Origin: Piromyces finnis finn
Taxonomy: Eukaryota; Fungi; Neocallimastigomycota
Length of the DNA: 64,000 nt
Assembly (NCBI GenBank): GCA_002104945.1
Contig: MCFH01000026.1
Location: forward strand, 620,001-684,000
Reading direction: 5' to 3'
Program-made: the position numbers and the translations under genes
Part shown: one piece after another, positions 11,523 through 23,552 of the stretch
Numbering within the stretch: the first letter of the stretch is position 1
Layout: the number at the start of each line of letters is the position of its first letter
The notes under the pieces: model-generated
Databases searched by the model: none
Seen by the model: the letters and a program-made list of their open reading frames with translations, nothing else
What the model was told of the DNA's origin: nothing

Positions 11523-13093
11523 AAAGTTACACAAGATATATCAAAATTTTCCCGTTATGATAGAAGAAATAAATTCAAGAATGAAAGGAAGATGGATACC
11601 TATGGGAAGAATAATAAATTTCAAATTAATAATGTCAGTAATAATAATACGGATCCTATGGATGAATTAACTAAGAAAATGAAGAACCTTACTAACAATA
11701 TTTGCTTCTTTTGTAATGAAGAGTCATTATCAGTACCATTGTCCTAAGTTAAATGCTATTGTAGAAGAGAATAAAAAGAAAATTAGGGAAAAGCGTTTCA
11801 ACTAGGTAATTGGTGGAGAAGCACTCCCAGTAATTCAAAAATAGCTTCACTTAATTATTATCAAGATAACAAGAAAGAAGAATTAGAAAATTTCAAATAT
11901 TCCGACTTGCACGAATGCGAAGAAGAAGAGTACTCCAACTATGAGAATGTTATAGCCGCCGCAAAAATGATGAGAAAGGAAAATTTGGAAAAAGGAACAA
12001 CTTCTTAACCTAGGAAACAACTAGATGTATCTATATTAAGTCAACCTAGTATTGAAAAAGAGAAAGTGAAAAGCAAAAGCGTCAGGAATAAACAAAGAAG
12101 TATGTCTACTACTAACCGGAAAGAAGAAGAAGATATGGATGTTATTCTATATACGGACACCGAAGACGAAGAAGAGGTAGAAACTCTTAAGAAGAAAAGT
12201 TCTGGAATACTTCCAACTTTAATTAACATGAAGAGAGATAAGGAAAAATATAAAAATAAGCCAGAAAGGATTTCCAGGAATATACAAATGTTGGGTACTA
12301 CTAGTGACTACGATATCTTTGAAAGCTTAAATACTACCAAGTGTGATATTACATATGGACAGTTATTTAATGTGTGTCCAAAGATAAGAACCCAACTTTC
12401 TCATGGATTAAAACTGGAAAAAGCCCCAATAAAAGTTACGAGTGCTATAATAATATAGTAGCCACGACTACCCTATTGAATAATATTCACCATGACTATA
12501 TCAGTAAAAATCAAGAAACATCAGAAGATGATATAGCTATGGTTGACGCTATGGTGGATGGTGTACCAGGAAAATTATTAGTGGACACATGTAGTAACCT
12601 AAACGTTATTACTTCTTCTTTCTACCAGAAATTATATAAAAATTATGTGGTAGGAATAAGTAGCGGACGTATTAGACTAGATACCATAGATGATAACTAC
12701 TCTGAAGGAGCTATAGTACGTATACCGGTACAAATAGAAAGTCTAGAAATAGTGGTTGACTTCTGGATAATTGAAAAGGAAGAACCATTTTATGATATGT
12801 AAATAAATTATAAAACACAAATTGATAATGTATACATAGATCCAACTAGTAAAAATTTATGTAAAGTAAATGAACTTTGAGTAGCAGAAAAGATATTGCC
12901 AATAAATAATCAATATTATAATGAAGAAAAAATGGTATGTATCATTAGGAAGATACCAGAAGGAAATTTGAATGGTCTGAAATACATTGAAAGTCTGCCA
13001 CCTAATGAATACATACATAGTGAAATATTTTTAAAAATTGTACCAGAAGACAACCGAAAAGAGATGCTCCAGCTTTTAGAAGAGAACTTATAA
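11523..13093 (+). pseudogene. Ty3/Gypsy gag-end / protease / pre-RT fragment (degenerate)
   Basis: Zn knuckle CFFCNEE.H...HC split by a frameshift; YDIFESLNTTKCDITYGQL motif; protease LLVDTCSNLNVI; many stops. Confidence 0.8.
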
Positions 13094-13479
13094 ACAATTA
13101 TCTAAATATTCATTATATATCCGAATAGCTGCTTCACTATCCCTCTTAAAATTTTGAGGTATAGCATTAAGCATTAATTTTGTCTAAAATATTAAGAATG
13201 ATGATAAATAATTCAAATAATATTTAAATATTATATTTGTTTAAAAATATTATTTTAAAAATCATTTTATATTTCATATTAATTAATATATCATTTTATT
13301 AGATTTCAAGGATTGTTTACGCATCCAAATTAAAATGTTTTAATTATATAGTAAAAAAATTTTTTTTATAAATATTATTTACTTAACTAATAATACTTGA
13401 AAGATATTTTCACTAAATTTACATTACCATCTATATAAATCTTATATATAACAAATGTGTAAAATTTTTTTTAAATCAA

Positions 13480-13914
13480 ACCATTATTAAAATAAGACAA
13501 TAAAAATTTAATATTTGTATTACTATTGCTTTGAGATTTGTTTTGGACCATCCACTCATTTCCTAATGATACTGTATTAGCAACAATTTCATATTTGTAA
13601 TTCTTGGCTACTATTTTACACATGCTCTGGTAATGGTAATTTACCCTCAGAACGTAAATGGGTACCACCAATATACATGACCTGGAATACATCTATTTTT
13701 GCATGATGTTTTATTTCTTTTAATTGCCATATATATTATTTATTAACAATCTATTTGTTTCTTTAATTGGTGGTTGACTATCTGTTTCATTTACTAAATT
13801 TATAATAACATCCTCCTTTTCTATATTTAGATTATAATTACTATTAAATGCTTCGATTGCTTTATTTGTAATTTCATTAATAATAGAATTATAATAATTT
13901 TCCAAATTTTCCAT
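13480..13914 (-). pseudogene. Decayed intronless ORF of unknown identity (possibly N-terminus of a protein-primed PolB)
   Basis: Joining frames gives ...WQLKEIKHHAKIDVFQVMYIGGTHLRSEGKLPLPEHV*NSSQELQI*NCC*YSIIRK*VDGPKQISK; resemblance judged by eye only. Confidence 0.3.
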
Positions 13915-14609
13915 TTTAATATTATTAATTTAATATATTTCTATTTCTATATTCAAATAGTAGAAAAAAAAGATGAAAGAGGAGAGGAAAAATAATGGAC
14001 AAATTATTTAATTATTTTTATATTACTATAAATATCATTTTAAGATGAAATAAATATTATTGGAGAACGTAAAAAAAAACTTTAATTTGTTCAATATACA
14101 TTATTTTCAACATCATTGAAAATGATGATATTAAATAAATTTAAATTGACCATTTTTTACATATTGAAATGATTATTAATTATTTTTTTTCTTTCAAGTT
14201 TTATACATATATATAAAATTATAAAATCTGTAATTATATATACATATACATATATATTATTTCTATAAATTTTAATATATTAAATATTTTTATCAATATT
14301 AAATTATACATATACATAGGTATATTTTATATTACAATTTTACTATATATAAGTAATTCAATAATTATATTATGTAATTAATAAGTTTATTTCATTTTGT
14401 ATATATTATAACTTAAATTATTTAAAATGATTTATTAAAATATATATAAATTAATTTATCTTCATAAACATATCAGTTATTAAAAAATTTATACCTATTA
14501 TATATGTGATTTAATACTATTTAAATCAAGATTTTTTTTTATCTGAAATAACATATATAAATAAATAAATAAATAAATTCATTTTTCATTTTTATGAAGA
14601 GATTTTAAC

Positions 14610-14960
14610 ATGGCATACCCAAACATTCAAGAACTTTATAAATATCGAGAATTTCAGGAAATATATAGTCAAGAGAAACTGATTGAAGAAAATATGCATA
14701 TGAAACGATATCAAATTCTACCTATTAGATATATTACTAATGATAATAAATTTGTTAAAAGAATTCTAATTTATCATTCACCGGATACAGGAAAATCGTT
14801 GACAGCCTTATGGATTTTATTGAATTTCATTACTATTTACGATAAACCAAGTATTATATTGGTAAAGCTTAAAGAAGCCATTTCTGAATTTAAACAAAGA
14901 ATAAATCTATGGTATACTTATGTAAAGATATATATTATATCTTTACATAAGTATAATTAA
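14610..14960 (+). pseudogene. Truncated SF2 helicase N-terminus, D6R/D11L (VETF/NPH-I)-like, viral or linear-plasmid type
   Basis: MAYP...REF start, Q-motif-like KRYQ, Walker A-like RILIYHSPDTGKSLTA (G>D substitution), motif-Ia-like SIILVK...ISEF; ends in AT-rich DNA after ~105 aa. Confidence 0.6.
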
Positions 14961-15013
14961 TTAAAATAAATAATTAATTAATTATTAAATAATAAATTAA
15001 TACTTATTTTATT

Positions 15014-15284
15014 TGTGAAATAAATTTAATTGATAAATAATTTTATTAATAAGGTTAACAAAGAGAAAAAAGTTACATTGTAAATATTACTATATAATAA
15101 GACACATGGTCATGTGATCATATAAAATAAAATAAAAAATAAATAAAAAATAACTATCTCTACAACACGTAGGCATTACGTTTACAATACTTTTAATACA
15201 TGTTTATGTTTTTATAGGTTATTCAAGTATGTTCATAAATATATAATATAAATAAATAAAATTATGTGTCTATAAATGTTCACA
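15014..15284 (-). mobile_element. Copia 3' LTR (271 bp)
   Basis: TG...CA, immediately after the PPT; its left end matches 17713-17757 and the remainder matches the reverse complement of 33078-33130 + 26059-26225. Confidence 0.88.
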
Positions 15285-17698
15285 CTTCCCCTCAAATTAG
15301 ATTTTCTTTAAGAATATCTTATTTATATATTCAAACATTCTTGGACTAGATAGATCTTTAGTTTAAGGGTCAGCTAACATTTCTTTAGTGTTCATATATT
15401 CGATTTTTATATTATTCTTTTCTATGTTATCAATGATGAAGTGGTAGTGAATATTTATGTGCTTTAACTTAGTATTTATTTCACCGTTTTCTATTATTTT
15501 CTTTCTTGCCTTGTTATCGGTGAATAAAGTTATATTTTTGTTGTAATTAAAAATTTCATCTACCATGTTTTTGATCCATAAGATTTTCTTCGCATTCATG
15601 GACGTACTAATGTACTCAGCCTCAGCGGTAGACGTAGCCACACAAGTTTGTTTCTTGGATAACTAGCATATTGGATTGTTTCCCATTAGAATTATCCTCC
15701 GGTGCCTCAGATCTTGATTTAATAGTATAAATCCAAAGTTTTCTTGAATATTCATCCAGCATAGGCATAAAATATTTCTTATTGTTTACGGATGAATTAA
15801 ACGGACCTGAAATATCGAAGTGAATGGTTTCTAGAATTCTTTTAGCTTTAGGTACGGTCTTGTTGTGAGGAGACTTCTTCATTTTTGATATTTTGCAGTC
15901 TAGGCAAGGTGTTACTTTAATTTTGTGCTGATTTAGATATTTCTTCAGATCCTTTTGATAGAAATGGCCTAATCTCTTATGCCATATGCCTAAAACATTT
16001 TCAAAATTTGCAATGAATGGTTTATTTTTGTTTTTATTAATATTTATGAGCTTAATTTTGAATTGGTTTAATTCATTTGAATATGTTTGTATTATATCTT
16101 GATTTTCAGAATACTTGAAAATAAGTCTGACTTTTCCATCGTCAGTAATATCTATAATGCTTCTTATACCAACTCTAGCAAGTCCTATACCACTAATTAA
16201 ATTCTTGTTAACTTTGTAATACAAAACTTTTTCTAATTTGTAAGTTTTGTTTGTTTTTTACCTTAAACTCATATGAACCATAACCACTAAATTCACAGGT
16301 AGTTCCATTTGCACATCTAAGTTGAATGTGCTCTTCTGTGAAATTCTGCAAAATGTCCTTATTATTAACGATATGTTCGGCGGCACCAGTATCATAGAAC
16401 CATTCGTCGTATTTATTTTCTCCATACACATAATCTAGATCCTTTGCATTAGGAGAGTCTTCTTTTGTAGCTTCATCCTTTTCAATAAGGTAGATACTTC
16501 TTTCCGTTAAAGGTCTAATATCTTCAAATTCTACGTTAATGCTGTAACTTTCATTGTCGTCATAGTTTTCGACGAAATCTACTTCTTGTTCGAACTTCTT
16601 TAGTTGTTTTTTCTTGTGAACTTGCCTCCCTTGTTGTGAATCCCTTTTAGATTTGTTTTGGTTATAAGCCTTATTATTATTGTTTCTTCTTTGTTCTCTT
16701 TCCATTTTGGCCTTTTGATTATATTCACACATTTCGGTGGAGTGTCCATGTTCACAGCAAATATAGCAGTATGTACGGTGGCTTCTGTTTATATTTCTTT
16801 TACTACCGTAGTTTTTGTTCTTTGTTGATTTGTTTTCTCTACTAACAAAATCAACATTCATTGGATCATCAACTTCGTCATCTTCATATTGGTCGTTGTT
16901 GGACCAATCTTCGAAGTAGGATTTGGCATTGATGTAACTTTTGACCTTCTCATAGAGTTGATCAGAAGTTTCATCTAAAGTCACGCTTATTTGGTTCTTG
17001 ACACTTCTTGGAAGGGAATTGTACATGTATTTCAATTTTTCCCTTTCACTTAAGGATATTTTTAGTTCAGACATCTCGGAAAATTTCCTTGATTTTATCA
17101 ACTATTTTACTGACTTTGCTTACATCTTCTGTATGTAATTTTCTTAGCTTCTTAAGTCAGTATTCGATGTCTGCATTTGCGTTACCATATTTTGTATTTA
17201 ACTTCTTGAATACTTGGTAACTGCTAGTACTATGACCAATCTCTCTGAGGATCTTCTCATCCACATTTTGAATGATCATAAGGTGTGCATCAGCATTTAT
17301 TGGCGGCCACAACATTATTATTAAAGTTGCTGCTTGTATTGGCGTCTTCCCCCATAGCTTTAGTGAGGGTTTTGTAAACGGACGCGAGGATGGTATTAGT
17401 ACGGTAGTTAGCAATAATCTTCACAATGGCCATAGTGTAGTCGTCTTTGATATTAAAGTTTATCTCAGCTGTTGTCTTTAATGGTTCCAACAATGTCTTG
17501 TCTTGTTCAAGGTACCTAGTTAGACCCTGTCTAGAAGTGGCTGCCTTGATTAAAAGACTCCAAGTGTCAAAGTTGGACCTTCCATGAAGACGTTGATCAT
17601 TAGCTAAAATTAATTGTTGGGACATACTAAAAAAATTTTAGACACACAAAATTTTGTTTTGAAATTTTCTTATGAAATTTTTATTATTAATTAGAGTT

Positions 17699-17712
17699 TG
17701 AGACTCTTAATC
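17699..17712 (-). promoter_or_regulatory. Copia PBS complementary to tRNA-Lys(CUU) anticodon arm (nt ~27-40)
   Basis: Plus strand TGAGACTCTTAATC equals the eukaryotic tRNA-Lys-CTT anticodon stem-loop sequence as I recall it; abuts the LTR terminus with no spacer. Confidence 0.8.
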
Positions 17713-17757
17713 TGTGAAATAAATTTAATTAATAAATAATTTTATTAATAAGATTAA

Positions 17758-18030
17758 TGATGAAATATTAAATAAACCTCTAATTATTAATAAAATTATC
17801 TTATTAATAATTACATAAAATAAATTAAAATAGTCATGTAATAACGTGACTAAAAGCAATTGAGGCGTAAATAAATTCACACGATAAAATGAATTTAAGT
17901 GATAACATAAATTTATTTTATTAATTTAAATAATAAAAACATAAAATTAGAGCATAATTTTATGTTATGTAAATAATTCCTTCTATTTATTACTTTTATT
18001 TATAATATTTTATATTTATATTTTATTATG
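17758..18030 (+). mobile_element. LTR family E, 5' part, inserted at TTAA in the Copia 5' LTR
   Basis: Reverse complement of ~33400-33629 and similar to 61615-61740. Confidence 0.8.
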
Positions 18031-20560
18031 TGATTTGCCGTCAAACTCTTGAGAGAGAATAGCACCGACAGCATAATTACCTAGCATCAGTTTCTACAAT
18101 AAATTGTTTATTACTATCCACATGTTTTAGAATAGAAGCTGACGTGAACAAAGTTTTTAATAAAATAAATGCGTCCTGATCTTCCTTCACCCAGTTAAAA
18201 GCAACATTCTTTCTAGTGAGTTTATGAAGAGGGTTTGCGATTTTAGCAAAGTCTTTGATAAATACTCTTTAATAATTACATAGGCCAATAAAGGATTGGA
18301 CCTCTTTAACATTCTTAGGCACTGGCCAATCGAGAATTGCTTTAACTTTATTTTCGTCCATTTGCAACCCATCTTTCGAAATGACATATCCAAGAAAAGT
18401 GGTTTTCTCAACATCAAACTCACATTTTTCTAATTTAACATAAAGATTATTTTCAAGTAGTTTCTTAAGTACCTTTTTAACATGTTCATGATGTTCTTCG
18501 ATATTATTAGAATAAATAAGAATATCATCAATATATGAGATAACAAAATCGTCTAAATAGTCACTAAGAACATCGTTAATGAAGTGTTGGAAGTTTGCAG
18601 TTGCATTCTTTAATCCAAAAGGCATAATCAGATATTCAAAATGTCCATATCTAGTACAAAAAGCCGTTTTGTATTCGTCACCTTCTTTAATACGAACAAG
18701 ATTTTAAGCGGATTTAAGGTCTAACTTAGTAAAAATCTTAGCATTTTTCACACTATCTAAAAGGTCACTAATTAAAGGTAAAGGATATGAATTACGAATA
18801 GTAATATCATTCAACTTCCTATAATCGATACAAAGTCTTAGAGAGCCATCCTTCTTTTTAACAAATAAAACTGGGGCACCAGCAGGAGACGATGATTTCC
18901 TAATAAAACCTTTATTTAAATTATCATCAATGTATTTTTTAAGTTTCTCTCTTTCAACTTCAGTTAATGGATACAAAGGTCCATAAAATAAAGTTGAATC
19001 ATCCTTAAGCTTGATTTCACAGTCATAAGGTCTATGAGGAGGTAACACTTCACAGTTTTTTTCATTAAACACTTCACTAAATTCTAGATATTGGGTTGGT
19101 ACGGCGACCAATTTATCTTTATTAATATCTTTTTCATTATTATTATTACTATATGATTCATTATCACTATTACATGTTTCATTAATTTTTGTTACAATAC
19201 ATGACTTTTTTATTAAAACTAATATATTCATCATCGCTATCATCTTCATCATTAATGGTTCTAACAAGGCGGCCTTTAACATATTCTTTTTCTTCATTGT
19301 TTGGGATGGAGGGATCTATTTTTGGCTTCTTGGTCAAGTTTCGGTCTAGAACATCATGATCTAGTTGAACATTCTTTGACTTCTTTCTTGGTTTTCTTTT
19401 CCTTTTTCCTTTGTTACAATGTCTGGCACAATAACCAGAACTAAAAGCGATTTTCTTAGAGTCGTAGAAAGCATTTGGATTATGCTTCTTTATCCACGGC
19501 AAACCAAGAATAACATCAACATCGGGGACTTGTAATCCATAAAGTTGAATTACTTCGAAGTGATTTTTGAAACGGAGCATGCATTTCTCAGTCCTTTCCC
19601 AAATACTTACAACTCCATCACTAACACCAGATACACGGAATGGTTCCACTTTTTCCAATTTGATTCCAAGATCTTCCGTAAGACTTGGATTAATGAAATT
19701 CAATTCAGATCTAGAGTCAATTAAAACCTTAATTTTGACTTCTGGGACTTCATTGGTACTTATGAAAATCAACAAGGTTTAAGTCACTTTTTACACCTTT
19801 GACTCCAACTTTGTAAATTTTTGGATTAACAATTTTTTGGAGTCCTTTCCTTAACTATTCTTAACACTTTTCTGGGCTTTACTCTATTAGGACAATTAAA
19901 TTTTAAATGTCCTGGCTGTTTACAAAGAAGACATAATCCTTTTTTCTTTTCTTCTTCAAAGTTATCTATATTTTCAATGTAATTTTTACTTGATCCTTGG
20001 ATATTCACATACCTTTTACGTTTATTTTCTCTACTAATTCTAAATACATCCACATCCATAAGATCATTAGCCCTTCTACCATTAAAATAAAATTCACTAA
20101 GCGAATTCCTTTTCATCATATCTTCAACTAAAATAGTTGAAGAAATCAATTGTTCAATTGAAGTTGGGTTTGATTCAATGAAAGCCAACTTCTCCCTAAG
20201 TGGTGGTAATAAACCTTTCATAATGATTTAAAACCCCACTATTATTCTTCATCAACACTGAAGTCCATTCCAACGGTTTACCAGAGAAGTATGATATAAC
20301 AAAGTCGACCTTGACTCGATCTGTATTATACAGTGTCGGTCGAGTACGAAATACCAACTCAACTCTAGTTAAAAACCCATCCAATTCACGTTGTTTACCA
20401 GAGAATATCGGTGGAACATTAATAATGTTCCCCGAGTTCCCGGAAACACCCACAGTCCTATCACCCTTCTTCAAATTCAAACTTTCAAATTCACTAATTA
20501 AGTCCTCCAACGTAAAATATAAAATTAAATATAAAAATGTTTTCTTACTTCTGTTTTAAG
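18031..20560 (-). pseudogene. pol: Family-B chromovirus gag-protease-RT-RNase H (frameshifted, ~200-bp deletion in gag, truncated in RNase H)
   Basis: gag near-identical to 23553-24224; Zn knuckle CLLCKQPGHLKFNC; protease LIDSRS..DVILGLPW; [22 protein letters not shown]; RNase H DASNYAVGAILSQ. Confidence 0.92.
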
Positions 20561-20796
20561 TAAGTAATCTTAAATTTTTTTTAATTACACTAATACAATC
20601 TATTCTAATACAAAAGTTATTCAAACGCGTTCTGCAAAGCAGTGTCGAACAAGTTTTGTATTAATTGGAGATATTAATAGTTTACTTTCTTCAATTTCTT
20701 GTCCCTCGGAAGTAGATTCTAACCAAGTATCTCTTTCTTCTTTTATTTCTTGTCCTTCGGCGGTAGATACCCTAACGTATTCTTGAATTTCGTTGA

Positions 20797-21730
20797 GTAA
20801 TTGTTATTGTAATATTAACACTAAAAGAATAGTCTATTCTATTACAATAACACCAAAATTAAAAAATAAAAATAATAATTGATTTTTAAAAATATCTTTA
20901 ATAGAAATTTATTAATAATAATTACATCAATTAAAATGATGAAAAATATCTTCTATTTATATTTTTCCTAAATACATTTATATTATTATAACTGTTTATT
21001 TGAAATATATTATTATTTAAAACCTATGCTACAATCTTAACTATTAATAAGATATTTAAACTATAACTATTTTAGTAAAATTAAATAGGCAATTCAAATT
21101 AAGTAATATTCAATTTGAATATGTGCCTGTAAGAAATATTTGTGGCCATAAGTTTGCCCACAAATATTTCAATTGAAACCATATATTCTGGTTACCATTT
21201 ATTGGTCAGATATATGCATAACCATATATTAATGGTTATTAATTAAATTGAAAGTTTATTCGCTTTACCCAATCAAGTGGTAAAGAAAATAAACTAATAT
21301 AGTTAAATAGCATAGCAAAAACTAACGTTAAAATACTTTAGCGTTAGTATTAAAGTAAATTAATAACTATAATAATAATTAATGTATTATAATTATAATA
21401 AATAAATAAAAGATATAATTAAAATATAATTATTTAAGTAGAAATTATTTCATAAAATATTTATATATGTGTTTATAATTATTTTAGTGTTATAATATTT
21501 ATTTTATTTCTTTTATTATTTTTTATAAAACTTTATTTAGTTATTAACTCGTATAGAGAGGTAATAACTAACTTAATTAACTAATTTATAATTTATTAAC
21601 TAATTTTATAAACTTTTTACAGTGCCCATGTATTATTTATATATTAATCATTTATTATTTATATACTATTTATCTATTTCTATCAGAAAACAATACTAAA
21701 ACTAAGAAATTAAATTGAGAAATTTAATTT
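20797..21730 (-). mobile_element. Family-B 5' LTR (interrupted by solo LTR F, 5' end lost) with PBS 20807-20797
   Basis: Homologous to 9588-10196; resumes at 21627 after the GTGCC TSD. Confidence 0.85.
21128..21621. mobile_element. Solo LTR, family F (494 bp), TSD GTGCC
   Basis: TG...CA; GTGCC at 21123-21127 and 21622-21626; removing it restores the B-LTR sequence. Confidence 0.93.
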
Positions 21731-21734
21731 GTAT

Positions 21735-22510
21735 TTCGGGCTACTCCACTGAAATACTGAGACAAAGATTCTGGCTATGAATTCCTTAGGACTCTCAAAA
21801 ATTATTTACAAACCTATACCCCCCGTGTCAATGAAACAAGTACGCAACGCGATTTTAGAAAGAGGGGGCAGAGATATTAGAAAATGGTATTATAGAACAT
21901 TTATTAAAAAACTAGATGATAGAAACATAGAATAGAACTCTACTACTACTTGGAGGAAACTTAACCTATTCATTTTCCACTTAAAGAAAGAATTTTGCGA
22001 AATGACCATCGAGGACCAAGAAAACAAATGGAAAGCAATAAAACCAAGACATTAAACGAAGAAAATTTATAATACCCAATTGAAACAATCGAAAAACTTA
22101 GTGAAAATCTGAACAAATCATATTATTCACGATTCACCAAACTCTCGAGAAATTGTCCTAGCGAAATTACGAAGGAATGCTTATCAAATTTGCCTCAACT
22201 ACCAACAAACAACCCCAAAGAAGATTATAATGAACAAGACGAACGCAATAGAGAAGATTATGAATACTTTACACTTTTGTTCAAGTATATAGCCAAGAAA
22301 GAGGGAAAAAGAAGCATTTCTGAAGACATCAAAACGTTTATCAATAATAAAGTTAATAACCACGAACGTATGAAAAACCAGTACTCAAAACAGAAAACTA
22401 ACAAAGAATTTAAATCAGACAACGTACGTTTAAAGGAAAAGAGAGAAAAATATATTCCAAAAGAAAGAAAACCAATTTTCAACTACACAAAAACACATAT
22501 ATATATATGA
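21735..22510 (+). pseudogene. Gypsy family-H gag fragment
   Basis: Homologous to ~52660-53230 (KDSGYEF/YLR.L..YLQ.YTP) and to the minus strand of ~56.9-57.5 kb. Confidence 0.6.
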
Positions 22511-22651
22511 ATATTTGTATGTGTTTATTATTTCAAGTTTATTAAACATAGACATATTACTTTTATAAAAGTTTAATATTTCAAAATTTCGAATATATAA
22601 ACATTTTTATTTGATGTTCATGTTCATACTACTTTTTTTTTTTTAATTAAA

Positions 22652-23272
22652 TGTAAAGATATCAAACACCTCAGCTTGATATCTTTAATGTAACTTAAGC
22701 CACAAGTATTATTGTTTATGTTACACAATTTATATTACAGAAAAAGAAAATGAGACATAATATATTTAATAATAATTAAAGTTTGAAACAAAATAAATTA
22801 TTAATTTATTTTTAACGTTTTACAAATAAATTAAATTTCTCAATTTAATTTCTTAGTTTTAGTATTGTTTTTGATAGAAAAAGATGAATAGTATATAAAT
22901 AATAAATAATTAATATATAAATAATACATGGGCATATATTCAAATTAAATAGTATTTGATTTGAATTGCCTATTTAATTTTACTAAAAAAATTATAGTTT
23001 AAATATTTTATTAATAATTAAGATTTTAGTGTAAATTTTAAATAATAATATATTTTAAATAAATAGTTATAATATAATATAAATGTATTTAGGAAAAATA
23101 TAAATAGAAGATATTTTTCATCATTTTATCAATGTAATTGTTATTAATAAAATTTCTATTTTAATAAAAGATATTTTTTATAAAACAATTTTTATTTTAA
23201 TTATAGTGTTATTGTAATAGAATAGATATCCTAATCTATTCTTTCAGTGTTCAACATTACAATAACAATTAC
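22652..23272 (+). mobile_element. Family-B 5' LTR (22652-23261) plus self-priming PBS (23262-23272)
   Basis: TGTAAAGATATC...CATTACA followed by ATAACAATTAC, the exact complement of GTAATTGTTAT at 23134-23144. Confidence 0.9.
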
Positions 23273-23552
23273 CTAACTACCTTAAGAGTACGTTAGGATA
23301 TCTACCACTGTTACCAAAGAAGAACTTAGTTACTACTGAAGAAGAACTTTACTAAAGAAGAACTTGGTTGCTACCAAAGAGAAAGAAAATATATTAAATA
23401 GATATACAAAACTTGTTCGACACTGTACAACAGACCGCGTCTGAATAACTTTTGTATCGCTTAATATCTTAATATCACTTATTGTAAAAAAAAAAAAATT
23501 TACTTACTTGAAACAGTAGTAAGAAACCATTTTATATTTTTATATTAGTGAG

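Larger units (their letters stand above)
15014..17757 (-). mobile_element. Ty1/Copia element, internally deleted (gag-protease-integrase 5' part joined to the RNase H region)
   Basis: gag from 17625; Zn knuckle CYICCEHGHSTEMC; protease WFYDTGAAEHI; GAG-pre-integrase WHKRLGH; IHFDISGP; RNase H ATSTAEAEY, HINIHYHF, MLADP; PPT GAGGGGAAG; 3' LTR 15014-15284; 5' LTR end at 17713-17757. Confidence 0.92.

Noticed and set aside
14541-14546. ATNTGA motif (linear-plasmid UCS promoter) upstream of the helicase, and at 13953-13958 upstream of the divergent ORF
   Set aside because: A hexamer this AT-rich is expected by chance; 64 nt spacing is long for a UCS; and the 700-bp intergenic gap is unlike compact plasmids.
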